DNA of 64,000 nucleotides from the human T2T-CHM13v2.0 reference genome, Homo sapiens, in assembly GCF_009914755.1 (NCBI RefSeq), contig NC_060925.1; one strand, given 5' to 3'. Position 1 is the stretch's first letter; the number at the start of each line of letters is the position of its first letter. The position numbers and the translations under genes were made by a program. The notes beneath the pieces are model-generated. The model had not been told where the DNA came from, did not search any database, and saw only the letters and a list, made by a program, of their open reading frames with translations. This document shows, piece after piece, positions 47,794-61,024 of the stretch.

Positions 47794-48604
47794 CTTTTAT
47801 GAGGTGTATAACCTTTTAAAAAATGTGTAAAACTTATTTTTATTTTACTGTATTGTGGCAAGAACACAACGTGAGATCTCAACAAATTTTTAAGTGTACA
47901 ATAAATTATTGTTGACTATAAGTACCATGTCGTTCAGCAGATCTCTAGAGCTTATTCATCTTGCTGGACTTAATGCCTGTTGATTACTAACCCTCCATAT
48001 TTCCTTCCACTCCATTTATTTTATTTGTTAAAATCATTTCCCTTCAAATTATTTTTTATTTTTAATTGTGGCAAAATATAATAAAATTCACCAACTTAAA
48101 AAAATATATAGAATCATTTGTTGGGACTGGTAGGTGCTATTGATGCATATATTTTTCTGCTGAAAAGCCATTCCTTTCCTAAGTAATTTAAATTCAGATC
48201 ACAAACTAATTACAAGCCATGAGAGTCAATAATCTGACTAACCATCCATCCCCAGCACCTATGTGTTTTAGTTACTTTTGAATATTTCTACCAGTAGTCT
48301 CCTCATCTTAGCTTCAACACTCAATGGTCAGGGTTTATCACCTTTCTACAGAATCAATTCCATCTATAGATTACTCTAGGAAACACCTTCCTTGCAATGT
48401 CTTCAAATCCAGCTTCTGATCCTTGGTTCCATTATATTTGTAAGTTAAGTGCCTAGGAATTCCAAGGCACAGTGTTTTCTGGGGCTTCCTGTAAAGCAAG
48501 CACCAGTTATTTCAAAAAAAAAAAAAAAACAGGAGATAGTGCAGGGTTTGGTGATAAAATAAGGGGTAGAAGAGTTAGAAAAAAAGATGTTAAGAAATGT
48601 TTTG

Positions 48605-48975
48605 CATGTATACCCCCATGTTTATTGTAGCAACCCCATGTTTATTGTTTAGTCACAATAGCCAAAATATGGAATCAATCTAGGTCTCCAACAGCAGATG
48701 AATGGATGGAGAAAATATGGTATATATACACACTGGGCTATTATCTAGCCATAAAACCAATAAAATCCTGCCATTCACAGCACCATGGATGGAACAGGAG
48801 GACATAATATTAAGTGAAACTAGCCAGGAACAAAAAACTAAACACCAGATATTTTTACCCATATGTGGAAGCTAAAAAAAAGTTGATCTCACAGGAGTAC
48901 AAAATAGAATGAATGGAGGATATTAGAGACTGGGAAGGGTAGGAGGAAAAGGGAATTAGGAAGAGGTTTGATATC
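48605..48975 (+). mobile_element. L1MA-type 3' fragment
   Basis: CACAATAGCCAAAATATGGAATCAA...GTGGAAGCTAAAAAAAAGTTGATCTC. Confidence 0.75.
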
Positions 48976-48976
48976 A

Positions 48977-50930
48977 CTTGGATGCAAGGTTCATTCAACA
49001 TACATGATATGGTTGGGTTGTGTCCCCCCACCAAAATCTCACCTTGAATTGTAATAATCCCCACATGTCAAGGGTAGAGCCAGATGGAGATAATTGAATC
49101 ATAGGGGTGATTTCCCCCATATTGTTCTCATGGTAGTAAATAAGTCTCATGAGAGTTGATGGTTTTATAAACGGGAGTTGTCTTGCACAAGCTGTCTTGC
49201 CTGCTGTCATGTAATATGTGCCTTTCTTTCTCCTTTGCTTTCCACCATGACTGTGAGACTGCCCCAGCCATGTGGAATTGTGCGTCCATTAAACCTCTCT
49301 TTTATAAATTATCCAGTCTCTGGTGTGTCTTTATTAGCAGCGTGAGAACAGACTAATACAATATGCAAATCAATAAATGTGAATCATCACATAAACAGAA
49401 CTAAAGACAAAAACTACATGATTATCTCAATAGATGAAGAAAAGGCTTTTGATAAAATTCAACGTCCAAGGAACATACTTTAAAATAATAGGAGCCAGGC
49501 CAGAGCAATCAGGCAAGAGAAAGAAACAAAAGGCATGCAAATAGGAAGAGAGGAAGTCAAACTATCCATGCTTGCAGATGACATGATTCTATATCTAGAA
49601 AATCCCATAGTCTCAGCCCAAAAGCTCCCTGGGCTGAAAAGCAAGTTCAGCAAAGTTTTGGTATACAAAATCAATGTACAAAAATCAGTAGCATTCTTAT
49701 ACACTAATAGCATCCAAGCCAAGAGTCAACTCAGGAATGCAATCCCATTCACAATTGCCACAAAAAGGATAAAATGCCTAGTAATACAGCTAATCAGGGA
49801 AGTGAAAGAGCTGTACAACGAAAATTACAAAACTCTGCTCAAAGAAATCAGAAATGACACAAACAAATGTAAGAATATTTCATGCTCATTGATAGGAAGA
49901 ATCAATATCATTAAAATGGCCATACTGCCCAAAGCAATTTACAGATTCAATGCTATTCCTATCAAACTACCAATGACATTCTTCACTGAACTAGAAAAAA
50001 CTATCCTAAAATTCATATGGAACCAAAAATGAGCCAGAATAGCCAAGGCAATCCTAAACAAAAAGAACAAAGCTAGGGTAATCACATTGCCCAACTTCAA
50101 ACTGTACTACAAGGCTACAGTAACCGAAACAGCATGGTACTGGTATAAAAACAGACACATAGAACAATGGAACAGAATAGACAGCCCAGAAATAAAGCTA
50201 CACACCTACAACCATCTGATCTTTGACAAAGGTGACAAAAACAAGCAATGGTAAAAGGATTTCCTATTCAATAAATGGTGCTGGGAAAACAGCCTAGCCA
50301 TATGCAGAAGATTGAAAATCTCCTTACACCATATCGAAAAATCAACTCAAGATAAATTAAAGACCTAAATGCAAAACTTAAAAATTTAAAAACCCTCGAA
50401 GATAACCTAGGTGATACCATGCTGGACATAGAAAATGGCAAAGATTTCACAACAAAAATGCCAAAAGCAATTGCAATAAAGCAAAAATTGGCAAATGGGA
50501 CCCTAAAGAAGCTCTTGAACTAACAAGCTTCTTCACAACAAAAGAAACTGTCAGAGTAAACAGGCAACCTACAGAATGGGAGATAAATATCTGCAAACTC
50601 TACATCTGACAAATGTCTAATATCCAGAATGTACAAGAAACTTAAACAAACATACAAGCAAAAACACTACCCCTTTAAAAAGTGGGCAAAGGACATGAAC
50701 AGACACTTTTCAAAAGAAGACATACATGCGGCCAACAAACATGAAAAATACTCAATATTACTAATCATTAGGGAAATAAAAATCAAAACCACAATGAGAT
50801 CCCATGTTACACCAGTCAGAATGGCTATTACTAAAAAGTCAAAAAATAACAGATGCTCATGAGGTAGTAGAGAAAAGGGAACACTTATACACTGCTGGTG
50901 GGAGTGTAGATTAGTTCAGTCATTGTGGAG
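48977..50930 (+). mobile_element. Older L1P ORF2 fragment with internal deletions, interrupted by THE1
   Basis: ORFs 49535..50032 ([12 protein letters not shown]) and 50629..50862. Confidence 0.88.
49005..49360 (+). mobile_element. THE1 solo LTR
   Basis: TGATATGGTT...GACTAATACA. Flanks ATACA and ATATG are the two CpG-decay products of an ATACG TSD. Confidence 0.9.
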
Positions 50931-51844
50931 TGAACTCAGTTTTCTCACCTGAAAATGCAGGGAGAAGTTTTAGAGGCCAAAAAAAGGGTATTAGATGAGC
51001 CCTAAGACCTCAGGGGGATAGAGAACAAAATAATTGGCTTTGGCATCATTCTAATTCAAACTCCAATTCTGCCACTTTGTGTGTATGATGTTCTGTCACT
51101 GAGAACATGTTAAGCTTCCCTGAGCCTGTTATCTCCAAGATGTTGATGGTGATTGCTACCTCACTGAACTACTGTATAATTAAATGAAGTTTCAAATATC
51201 CATTCTTGGCACTCAAGAAATGCAACTTTCCCTTTCTTCCTTCTTTCAGTAATCCACTCCAGTATTCAACACGTCCAATTCACATCAGAGTTATGCCTGC
51301 CCTCCAGAGCAGGAACAAAAATCTGCTGGCCCAAGGATCCATTAATAACTGCTGACACCCCAAATTAATAGCATCAATTTTGAACTTTCAGAAGGAAGCA
51401 AATAAGCCATGGTGGGAGGACAGTTAAGAAAAACTCCCTCTATATTTGGGTTTTGCTCTCTCAGTCTTTCAGGGTAACCAAGACCCAGTTAAACGCAGGG
51501 CATAGGAATCTTAATTCTTCTCTCAACTGAAATCATCTGTCCACCCATAGTGTCACAACAAATAAGGCATCTGATATTTATGAAAAGTTTTCAATATGTT
51601 CTGTCACTTTTTTCCCCCTAACTTCATTCTTGCAAAGATCCTCCAGGGCAGGTAGAGCAGATCCTGTTATCCTCATCTAACAGAAGAGATGTCTGTGATC
51701 AAGCAGCTTGGAACGGAGCTGAAAGAAAGGTGCAGGTCTCTTGTCTTGCACTCCAAGTTTCTTTCTGCATATCATGATGTCCTCAGTGTCTATTTGTCCT
51801 CACTGGGAGGAGTCCAAAGTGGCAATAAGAGAATTGGCTCAGTG

Positions 51845-52145
51845 GGACCGGGCACAGTGGCTCACACCTATAATCCCAGCACTTTGGGAGGCTGAAGTAG
51901 GCGAATCACTTGAGTCCAGGAGTTCGAGACTAGCCTGGCCAACATGATGAAATCTCATCTCTACTAAAACCACAAACAATTAGCCAGGTTTGGTAGCAAA
52001 TACCTGTAATCCCAGCTACTTGGAAGGCTGAGGCAGGAGAATCACTTGAACTGGGAGGTGTAGGCTGCAGTAAGCAGACATCACGCCACTGTACTCCAGC
52101 CTGGGTGACAGAGCACGACTCTGTCTCAAAAAAAGAAAAGAAAAA
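51845..52145 (+). mobile_element. AluS-type SINE
   Basis: TSD AAGAGAAT(T/G)GGCTCAGTGG at 51827-51845 and 52146-52164. Confidence 0.92.
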
Positions 52146-54609
52146 AAGAGAATGGGCTCAGTGGTTGAGTCAAACTCCAAAAGTCAGTTTCCTACTACCT
52201 GGCCCCCACATTCAACAACTAGCTTCCTTCCTTCTTTCTTTCCTTCCTCATTCCTTCCTCCCTACCTTTTTTATTTCTTAAGAATAAGTACACAGAATTG
52301 AGTTAAATAAAACCCCACTTTGTGGCACACTATCATTATCAGTCAAGGTAGGGCCTCTTGTTGGCTGTATCTTACTTTATTATATTTTCATCTTTATTTC
52401 CCATCTACAATCCCACTTCCCTTTTCCCCTCCATAGACATTCTCTTTCCAATCCACCTTTCAAACATCTACTTAGAGATATTTTTAAAATATATGGCATG
52501 TTTCATGTTGGAGTTTCAATTTAAATAAAAGCAATTAAATCTAAGTGCTATCCTGTTTCTCAAGTTATTTGTATTCAATATTATATTTCTGAGGTCTATC
52601 CATGTTGCTAAATGTAAACTTAAATTATTATTTTTAACTGATACTGAGAATCTGATCATACAATCACACTTTATATATTGCCTTGGCAATCAGTGGTCAT
52701 CTAGTTTGCTTCCAATTCTTTGCTATCACAATTACCACTTGGCTGAATACCCTCATAAACATTTCCTTGATGACTTCACTGGGATATATTATGAGTAACA
52801 AAGGTGCTAGTCATGAGTACAAGTATGCTTAATTTCAAAAATTATGTCAGGGTGCACTGCAGAATAGCTGTACCTGTTCACACTGTCCCCAGCAGAGCAT
52901 GAGGAACCCAGTCCCCTATCCTCACCAGCACTTGATATTATCTGACTTTCTCATGTTTGCCAAATGATGAGTGTAAAGTAGTATTGTTATTTTGAACAGC
53001 ATTTCCTTGATTACTATTAAGATTTAGCATCTCTTTAGTATTTACTAGCCATCAGGATTTCTCTTTCTGCCAATTGTCTAGCCACAACATTTACCTATTT
53101 TTTCTATTGAATTTACTATGTTTTCTTGATTTGTAGGAGTTTCTTTTACCTTCTAGCCATCTATCTCTTCTAGATTTAGACCTCACTATGACACACATAC
53201 TTCCTATTTCTACAAAAGTCAAGAAAAAACTTTGTTGGGAAAGTGAAATAGAATGGAGCCTAGTCTTACCAGGAACCTCTCCCCAACCCCAACACATTCC
53301 AGAGACTATTAATGTAGTTTCAGAAGATCAGTTTACACCCAGTGAAGATACTGAGCTGCCTGTTAAACCAATTTCCTTATTCTCTGTCCTCTGCCACATT
53401 TCAATAATGTTACTGGAACTCCCTAGAAAAATCCTGTGACCCCCCTGATCTGAATATATATTGACTTCTTTTCCTTTTGCATGAAGAAGACGGTGCCTGC
53501 AGTTCTTAGCAAGGGACTACGAGCATCCATTTGTCTTTTATCCAGAGGATAGACCATACATTTGGAAAGTAAGCATGTGTTCTGATTACTCTCTATCCAC
53601 AGCATTAGTAAAAGAGAAAGTCTGCACTACTCTCTATTCACAGCATTAGTAAAGGAGAAAGTCTGCAGCTTATAAAGAGTACAGGATGGCTGAGCACATG
53701 ATGTCTGAAACTGCCCAGATAAGATTGGCAACAGTTTATTAGTCACATATACTTACAGGCTGAGGGAATGAATATACCCATGCCATGAGGGACCACACAG
53801 GGACAACAGAGTGAGCCAGCAGAGGCTATGGGAGGCAGGCTTAGAAGTGACAAGAGAATGGGGTGACCCTTGTTTCCTGTGGGAGGATGTGATTTGCTTG
53901 CTTGAATAATTTCATGGGCTGCAGGAAGGTGAAACCCATTAGGTGGAAGACGAGGTAGGGTGAAGCTGGTCTGGCTGATACGGGAACTGCCCAAGTGGAT
54001 AGCCTTTTGCATTGCGTGAGACTCTGTTAAGAGCAGATGACATCTGACAAGAGTAGGGGAACTTACAGCCAGGCCTTTGGGGGCCTGCAAGTCTCGAAGA
54101 TGTCAAAGAAGCACTTGGAATTTTAGGTCTTACAATATGTAATGCTTAGAGTTTCACAATGAGAAGTCTGTTTTTTCTACTAATCATACTTGCTTGACTT
54201 GAAATATATGGAAGAAAAATGTGCCCCTCCCAGCCTGAAGAGGGAGATTAGAGTGTTATAAGTGGATAGCACTCCAGGCCACAGTATTTTCCCGAGGATA
54301 AAGTTAGAGTGGCCAAAATACTCACTCTCCTTTTAAAATGATCATCTGGTTATGACAGAAGTATTCCTGCTTTTTAATCCACCCTCCAAACACCAAGAAA
54401 CTGAGCCAGTATGGGGGCCCCGAACCATTCAGCTATTTAGAGACTCCCTTCTTTAGGCAGGACAGAGGAAACAGAAAATAACAGGATATTGCTTGACAAT
54501 TAGTTTTATAGGAAATAGAGAACAGAATTCTTTGGCTACTAGTAGGTTCATTTTGCTTTGAGTAAAAGAATTAGAGTAGCACTGAGATCAGAGAAGGAAT
54601 TCATTCTCC

Positions 54610-55037
54610 TGTGGTGGGCAGAATAATGACCTATGAGTATGTCACCTCACATGGTCAAGGGATTTTGCAAGCATGATTAAATTAAGGAACTTTAAAGATT
54701 AGGGGGGATTATCCAGGTGGACCCAATCAAATCACGTGAGTCCCTAAAAGCAGAGGACCTTTCCAGAAGTAGATGTGACAATGGGCAAATAGTCAGAGAG
54801 AGATGGAGTGATGTGGTTTTTGAAGATGGAGGGAGGAACCATGAGCCACTGAACATGAGCAGGCTGTAGAGACTGGCAAAGGCAGGGAAGCAGAGTGTCC
54901 CCTGCAGTCTACCAAAGGAGTGCAGCCCTGCTGTGAGACTCATGTACTTCCAATCTACAAAACTGTAAAATAATAAATGTTTGTTGTTTAAAGCCACTAA
55001 TTTTGTGGTACTTTGTTATATTAGAAAGCTAAGACAC
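54610..55037 (+). mobile_element. MLT1D-like MaLR LTR
   Basis: TGTGGTGGGCAGAATAATG...AATAAATGTTTGTTGTTTAAAGCCACTAA. Confidence 0.8.
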
Positions 55038-55048
55038 ATCCCTAATTT

Positions 55049-55650
55049 TGAAACAGTTTCTATAAGCTTTATGAAATTAACCAGGTAAGAAGTTGGTGGG
55101 CGGGGGGGGGGGGGGGGAGCACAAAAATAAACCAAGCTTGTGGCACATTCCACATTAATCATGAGGTCAACTTTCTCTCTGACCTCCTTGCTCATAGTTG
55201 CTTAATGCCTATTGCCCCAGGATCAAATAGACTTCTCACAAGATGGTAGTTCCCCTTAACTACTCTATAGACAACAACTTAAGCACTGTGAATTGTTAAG
55301 TTCCATTTGAGATATTCTTCCACGTCCTACACATCAATAAAACTACTGATCCAGCTGATCTGAAGGACCCAACAGAAGCCAACTCACCAAAGAATGCAGT
55401 TTCCACAGCCTGATTATTTCATCCCCCTTATCCCAACCAATCAATAATCCCATTTTCCAGCCCCTTACCCTCCACAGTCCTCTTAAGAGCTTCAGCCCAG
55501 AACTCCTTGGGCAAGTGGATTTGCGGGTCTCTTCCCATCTCCTCACTCACCACCCTGTGATTATTAAATTCTTTCTCTACTGCAAACCCTGCTGTCTCAG
55601 TGTAATTGGTCTGTTACTATGCAGTGGATACATGAACCTGTTGGTCCAAT
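55049..55650 (+). mobile_element. ERV1 solo LTR (LTR26-like) containing a G15 run
   Basis: TGAAACAGTTTCTATAAGCTTTATGAAATTAA...AAAATAAACCAAGCTTG...ATTAAATTCTTTCTCTACTGCAA. Confidence 0.65.
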
Positions 55651-56459
55651 TTTGGCAAGAATAAAAATAGGCATCTAGCTATCCCCAAAACAAAACATGA
55701 AAAAGCTAGTCACAACTTCCACCTGGCAAAAACCTTAGCTCTTCCACTTTTATATCATCACCCCCTGCCATATGTCCTCTCCACTATCTGCTCATGCCTA
55801 CTGATCAACACACAGTGGTGGCATCTCTGCTTCTTCTCTCTTTTGATCCTGAGTCCCAGGATACACTAAAACCTGCCCATTCTTCTCATATCCCTGTCTT
55901 CCCCATATCATGGGTTTGTGGTGAGGCTATTCTGCAGTCCCCTCTTTTATGTCTCTGCTTTCAGTTTTGTCCCCATCTACTTCACAACCATTTTAATCAT
56001 TGCTCTGTCACCTTAGAGTAGGCTAGGAAATGTGTATCTTGATACATTATTGCAAGGAGTTTTCAAGAACAGGGAGCAGCTTCTTGCAATTTCCAAGTTC
56101 ACTAAGCTTTTTAGCAGCCCCTTCATAGCCACGTTTTCTTCTCCTGATCTTGTAAATACTTGCATATTGATGAATCAATATTAAACATTCAAAGAGTGAA
56201 GTTTACATAAACTCTGAAAACAATGCATTTGACAGAATAAAATTAAGTCTATCGTTTTGGGAGTTACAAGACTAGAATCAAATAACAACATTCCAAATGA
56301 AATAGATTATGTATTATGTCTTAGGGCTGAGTCCCATGTCTGGTATGACATGGTAGAAATGAGGGAAGTGTCAGCTAGACAGTGCAACAGTTCCTAAATA
56401 CAGCTAATTACATTTAAGCAAAAGCTTTGAGCTAGAGATGACTATTAAAACATAAACCC

Positions 56460-56875
<416 letters not shown>

Positions 56876-57554
56876 TTACTTTGTACTATGTAGCATAGCA
56901 TAATCTGAATAACTTTTTGCAGATTGTGTGCTTGTGCATGTTTGTGTGTGTGTCTATAAGAAATGCATGCTTATAGAGTGTGTTACTTCTCAGTTGTTTC
57001 TATGTAATTGGATCTTTTCTTTCCCATTCTATTTTAGAAGGACATTGATAGATAAACCTGATGCGATCTTAATTTTATCTAATGTGGTCTTAACTTTATC
57101 TATATGATGACTAGTATGAGCTATACTAGATCAGTAGTTTTCAAACTAAATTTTTCACTTCTACAGAAGAGAAAAGGAAACAAGTGAACATGACTTAGAG
57201 GGTACCACCACACCTTCAATCAAAGCAGCTTCCTTTTAGTTGTTTTCTCTTTGATTTTGGCATATTCCACTTCAAAATAGCAAAAAGTAGACATTACCTT
57301 CTTTTAAAAATGTTTTAAAACCACTGGACTAGGTGATCAATAAAGATACTCATCTGTGGTTTTATAGATAAAAAATATTTTGCTGTTGCTGATACTATAT
57401 TTATTATTTTTCTTGAATATTTAATTTCTCATTGAGACAATATTTGCTTTTATAGAGATTATTCCAGGTTCCCTTGCTTTCGTCCTCATTCAGAATATTC
57501 AGTTACTACAAGCAAAATGACAAGCTCTTTATTTGCTTTGTTTCGTTTTGTGTG

Positions 57555-58253
57555 TCCCTTTTAACTGACACATAATAACTATACATATTTATGGGGTACA
57601 GCGTGATGTTTCCATACATGTATACATTGCATAATGATTACTCAGGGTATTTAGCTTATCCATTACTGCATATGTTTATCATCTATTTGTGGTGAGGAAA
57701 TTCAAAATCCTCTCTTCTAGCTATTTTGAAATATACAATATTGTTAACCATAGTCACCCTACTGTGCAATAGAGCATCAGAACCTATTCCTTCTATCTAA
57801 CTGTAACTTTTTACCTGTTGACCAAAATCTCCCTAAGACCCCCTTTCTTCTCCCCTTCCCCTCTGCTGACCAATATTTTACTCTGTACTTCTATGAGATC
57901 TACTTTTTTAGATTCCGCATATGAGTGAGATTATGTGGTATCTGTCTTTCTGTGCCTGGTTTATTCCACTTAACATGTCTTCCAGGTTCATCCATGTTGC
58001 CATGAATGATAGAATTTTATTCATTTTGTTGCTGAATAGTATTCCATTGAGTTTTTGTACTACATTTTTTTTACCCATTCATCCACCAATGGACATTTAG
58101 GTTGATTTCATATCTTGGCTGTTGTGAATAGTGTTGCAATAAACATGGGAATTTCAAATACTGACTACATTTCCATTGGATATATGCTGAGTAGGGGAAT
58201 TGCTGGATCTTATTTAGGGTAGTCCTATTTTTAATTTGAGAAACATCTATACT
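57555..58253 (-). mobile_element. L1MA-type 3' end, antisense
   Basis: TACATATTTATGGGGTACA...CAAAATCCTCTCTTCTAGCTATTTTG...TTCATCCATGTTGCC. Confidence 0.85.
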
Positions 58254-58654
58254 TTTTTTTATTTCACTTTAAGTTCTGGGATACATGTGCAGAATGTGCA
58301 GGTTTGTTACATAGGTGTTGGTGGTTTGCTGTACCTATTAACTGGTCACCTTGGTTTTAAGCCCCATATGCATTAGGTATTTTTCCTAATGTTCTCCATC
58401 CCCTTGCCCCCAACTCCCCAACAGGTTCCAGTGTGTGTCATTCCCCTCCCTGTGTCCATGTGTTCTCATTGTTCAACCATTTGACCCAGCAATTCCATTA
58501 CTGGGTATATACTCAAAGGATTATAAATCATTCTACTATAAAGACACATGCACACATATATTTATTGCAGCTATTTACCATAGCAAAGACTTGGAACCAA
58601 CCTAAATGCCCATCAATGATAGACTGGATAAACAAAGTGTGACACATATACACC
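58254..58654 (-). mobile_element. Short L1PA 3' end with 5' inversion (twin priming)
   Basis: Antisense tail and 3'UTR 58254-58475, then sense L1 58476-58654. Flanking repeat TCTATACT at 58246-58253 and 58655-58662. Confidence 0.85.
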
Positions 58655-60172
58655 TCTATACTATTTTCAAACTGACAGGTTTTTAACAAGAACTTCCTAA
58701 GAAATGCTGAACATAAATTTGCTGAATATGTTCAGCAATAGTGCTGATGAGTGAAATATTTTTACCCATTTATTAGCACACATACTAAAGTACTAGATGT
58801 AAAGATCTTTTTTTCCTCTCAGATCTTAATTGCCACTTATGATAAAGTATGTGCAAAAAATAATAATGCAACCTTGCAACCTCTATTCCTTCCTGGTCCC
58901 ACACACACCACCACCAAAACAACCTATCAGTGTTAGTCTCTCTGGGTCTTCTGTCCTCCAGATATTCTCTCTTTTGCTTTTCAAACATTCCCAAGTCTAA
59001 GACAAGAACTTGCCAAACTTGGCAGTATCTCTACTTTGCCTATAAGGGCTAGATCTTCATTTCTATACCTTTTTTTCCTATTTCTATAGTGCCTCCTTCT
59101 TTTCCCAGGGAATCTAATGCCTTAAATATTGTCTCCTCTCCTCCCCTACCAAACCTTGTCTCAGAAAAAGATGAATAAACTCTATCAAAGTTTATATTGG
59201 CAATAAAGCAAAATGTGTCCTCCTACTCAGGGATGGGTGCCCTTTTAAGAGGGGATTCTGACCAATTAGTACTATCTGTATGGGCTGTCTCTGGAGGTAA
59301 GGAGTTCCCTGTCACTGAGTATCACTGCAACTAGCACTGGATAACCCTTAACATAAAAAATGAAAAAGAGAAGTTAAAGCATAGAAGGGTGAGTTAGACT
59401 AGATACGGTGTGAGATTTCCTCCAAACCTGTGGCTCCATGGAAAAGCAGAATACAGAGTATGTTCTGAAGGAGGAGGGAGAGAAAAGATACATCTGAGCT
59501 GAGTTTTAGTGAGTTTTTTTTAAAGATTAAGAGGAAAAATTATAAATTCTAGGGGGAACTGGGCCTACCCAAGATTCTCAACTGAGGGCATTGAGCAGAA
59601 AGGAGAGAAACTTAAACCTCAGCCAGTTGAAAATAGTGGCCACTGAATTCATCTTTTCTCTATTTCATAGTTTTACCTAGAGCTAAACAAAGTTTCGGTT
59701 ATCTCTGACCCAGTTTGGCATTTTTTATTTTTTTTGTTTTTTAAAATCATCAAAACAAGGAAAAGATGGTAGAGATTAAAATGCTACATGTCTACATGTC
59801 TTCAGTGATGTAGGAAAGTATAAGTTTATTTGAAAACTTGATCCTACTTGTCATTCAAATGATTAACTAATTAAAAAGCTATTTAATTTGTCCCTACTAT
59901 GTGCCAAGCTTCGTGATACATTTATGAATAGTTGGATATGGTCTCTGCCATCTCTGAGTTTATAAGCCAGCAGAAATGATAAGACTTTTAAACAAGAATT
60001 TATAATAAAGTGAACAAGTGTTACATTAAAGAAGTTCAAAGCCCTTGTAGCCTCATAGCTTACTTAATGAAGAAGAATAGAAAGTGTCCAGGAGAAATGA
60101 ATATTTAAGCTGATGAACAGGACTTGAGGGGTGAGTGTTCTAGATAGATAGAACAGCATATGAAAAGTTCCA

Positions 60173-60690
60173 GGCCAGGCGCAGTGGCTCGCACCTGTAA
60201 TCCCAGCACTTTGGGAGGCCGAGGCATGTGGATCACGAGGTCAGGAGATTGAGACCATCCTGGCTAACACTTCGAAATCCCGTCTCTATGAAAAATGCAA
60301 AAAAAATTAGCTGGGCCTGGTGGCACACGTCTGTAGTCTCATCTACCCAGGAGGTTGAGGCAGGAGAATTGCTTGAACCTGGGAGGCGGAGGTTACAGTG
60401 AGCCAGATTGCACCACTGCACTCCAGCCTAAACAACAGAGTGAGACTCTGTCAAAAAAAAACAAAGGAAGAAAGAAAGAAGGAAAGAAAGAAGGAAGGAA
60501 GGAAGGAAAGAAAGAAGGAAAGAGGGAGAAAGAAAGAGAGGAGAAAGAGAGAGGGAGAAAGAAAGAAAAAGAAAGAAGGAAGGAAGGAAGGAAAGAAAGA
60601 AAGAAAGAAAGAGAAAGAAGGAAGGAAGGAGAAAAGAAAAGAAAATTTCACGAAAGAAAGAACAAAGGAAGAAAGAAAAGAAAAAAGAAG
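60173..60690 (+). mobile_element. AluS(c)-like SINE whose tail expanded into a ~230-bp GA-rich (GAAA/GGAA) repeat
   Basis: Alu 60173-60460 followed by a purine tract to ~60690. Confidence 0.88.
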
Positions 60691-60865
60691 TTTCACATGG
60701 GAGAGAGACCTTTTCAAGATGCCAAAGAAAATTAATCATGGTGGGATTATAAGTGGGTAGAGAAAAGACAAGAGAGGCAGGCGGGAGCCAGACACATGAA
60801 ATATCTTGTAAGTCATGTTACAAATTTGGAGCTTATGGTAACAGCAATGGAAAGCTGCCAAAGTA

Positions 60866-61024
60866 TGCTGAGCATACTCCCTGTTCGTCAGTGCACCTGA
60901 GAAGCCATTCGATAGCTAACTATCCTATATATACGGCATCTAGTGGCTAAATTGAGCTCTTTATTTTAATCTACTTGATTATTTTTTATTTGTTCTATGA
61001 AAACTTTTAAAGGTTTTCATTAAT
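60866..61024 (+). repeat. 159-bp dispersed direct repeat, copy 1 (copy 2 at 62183-62340)
   Basis: Three substitutions and one 1-bp indel between the copies. Confidence 0.95.

Noticed and set aside
60355-60760. K/E/R-rich and F/L/S-rich ORFs
   Set aside because: Frames through the GA-rich simple repeat.
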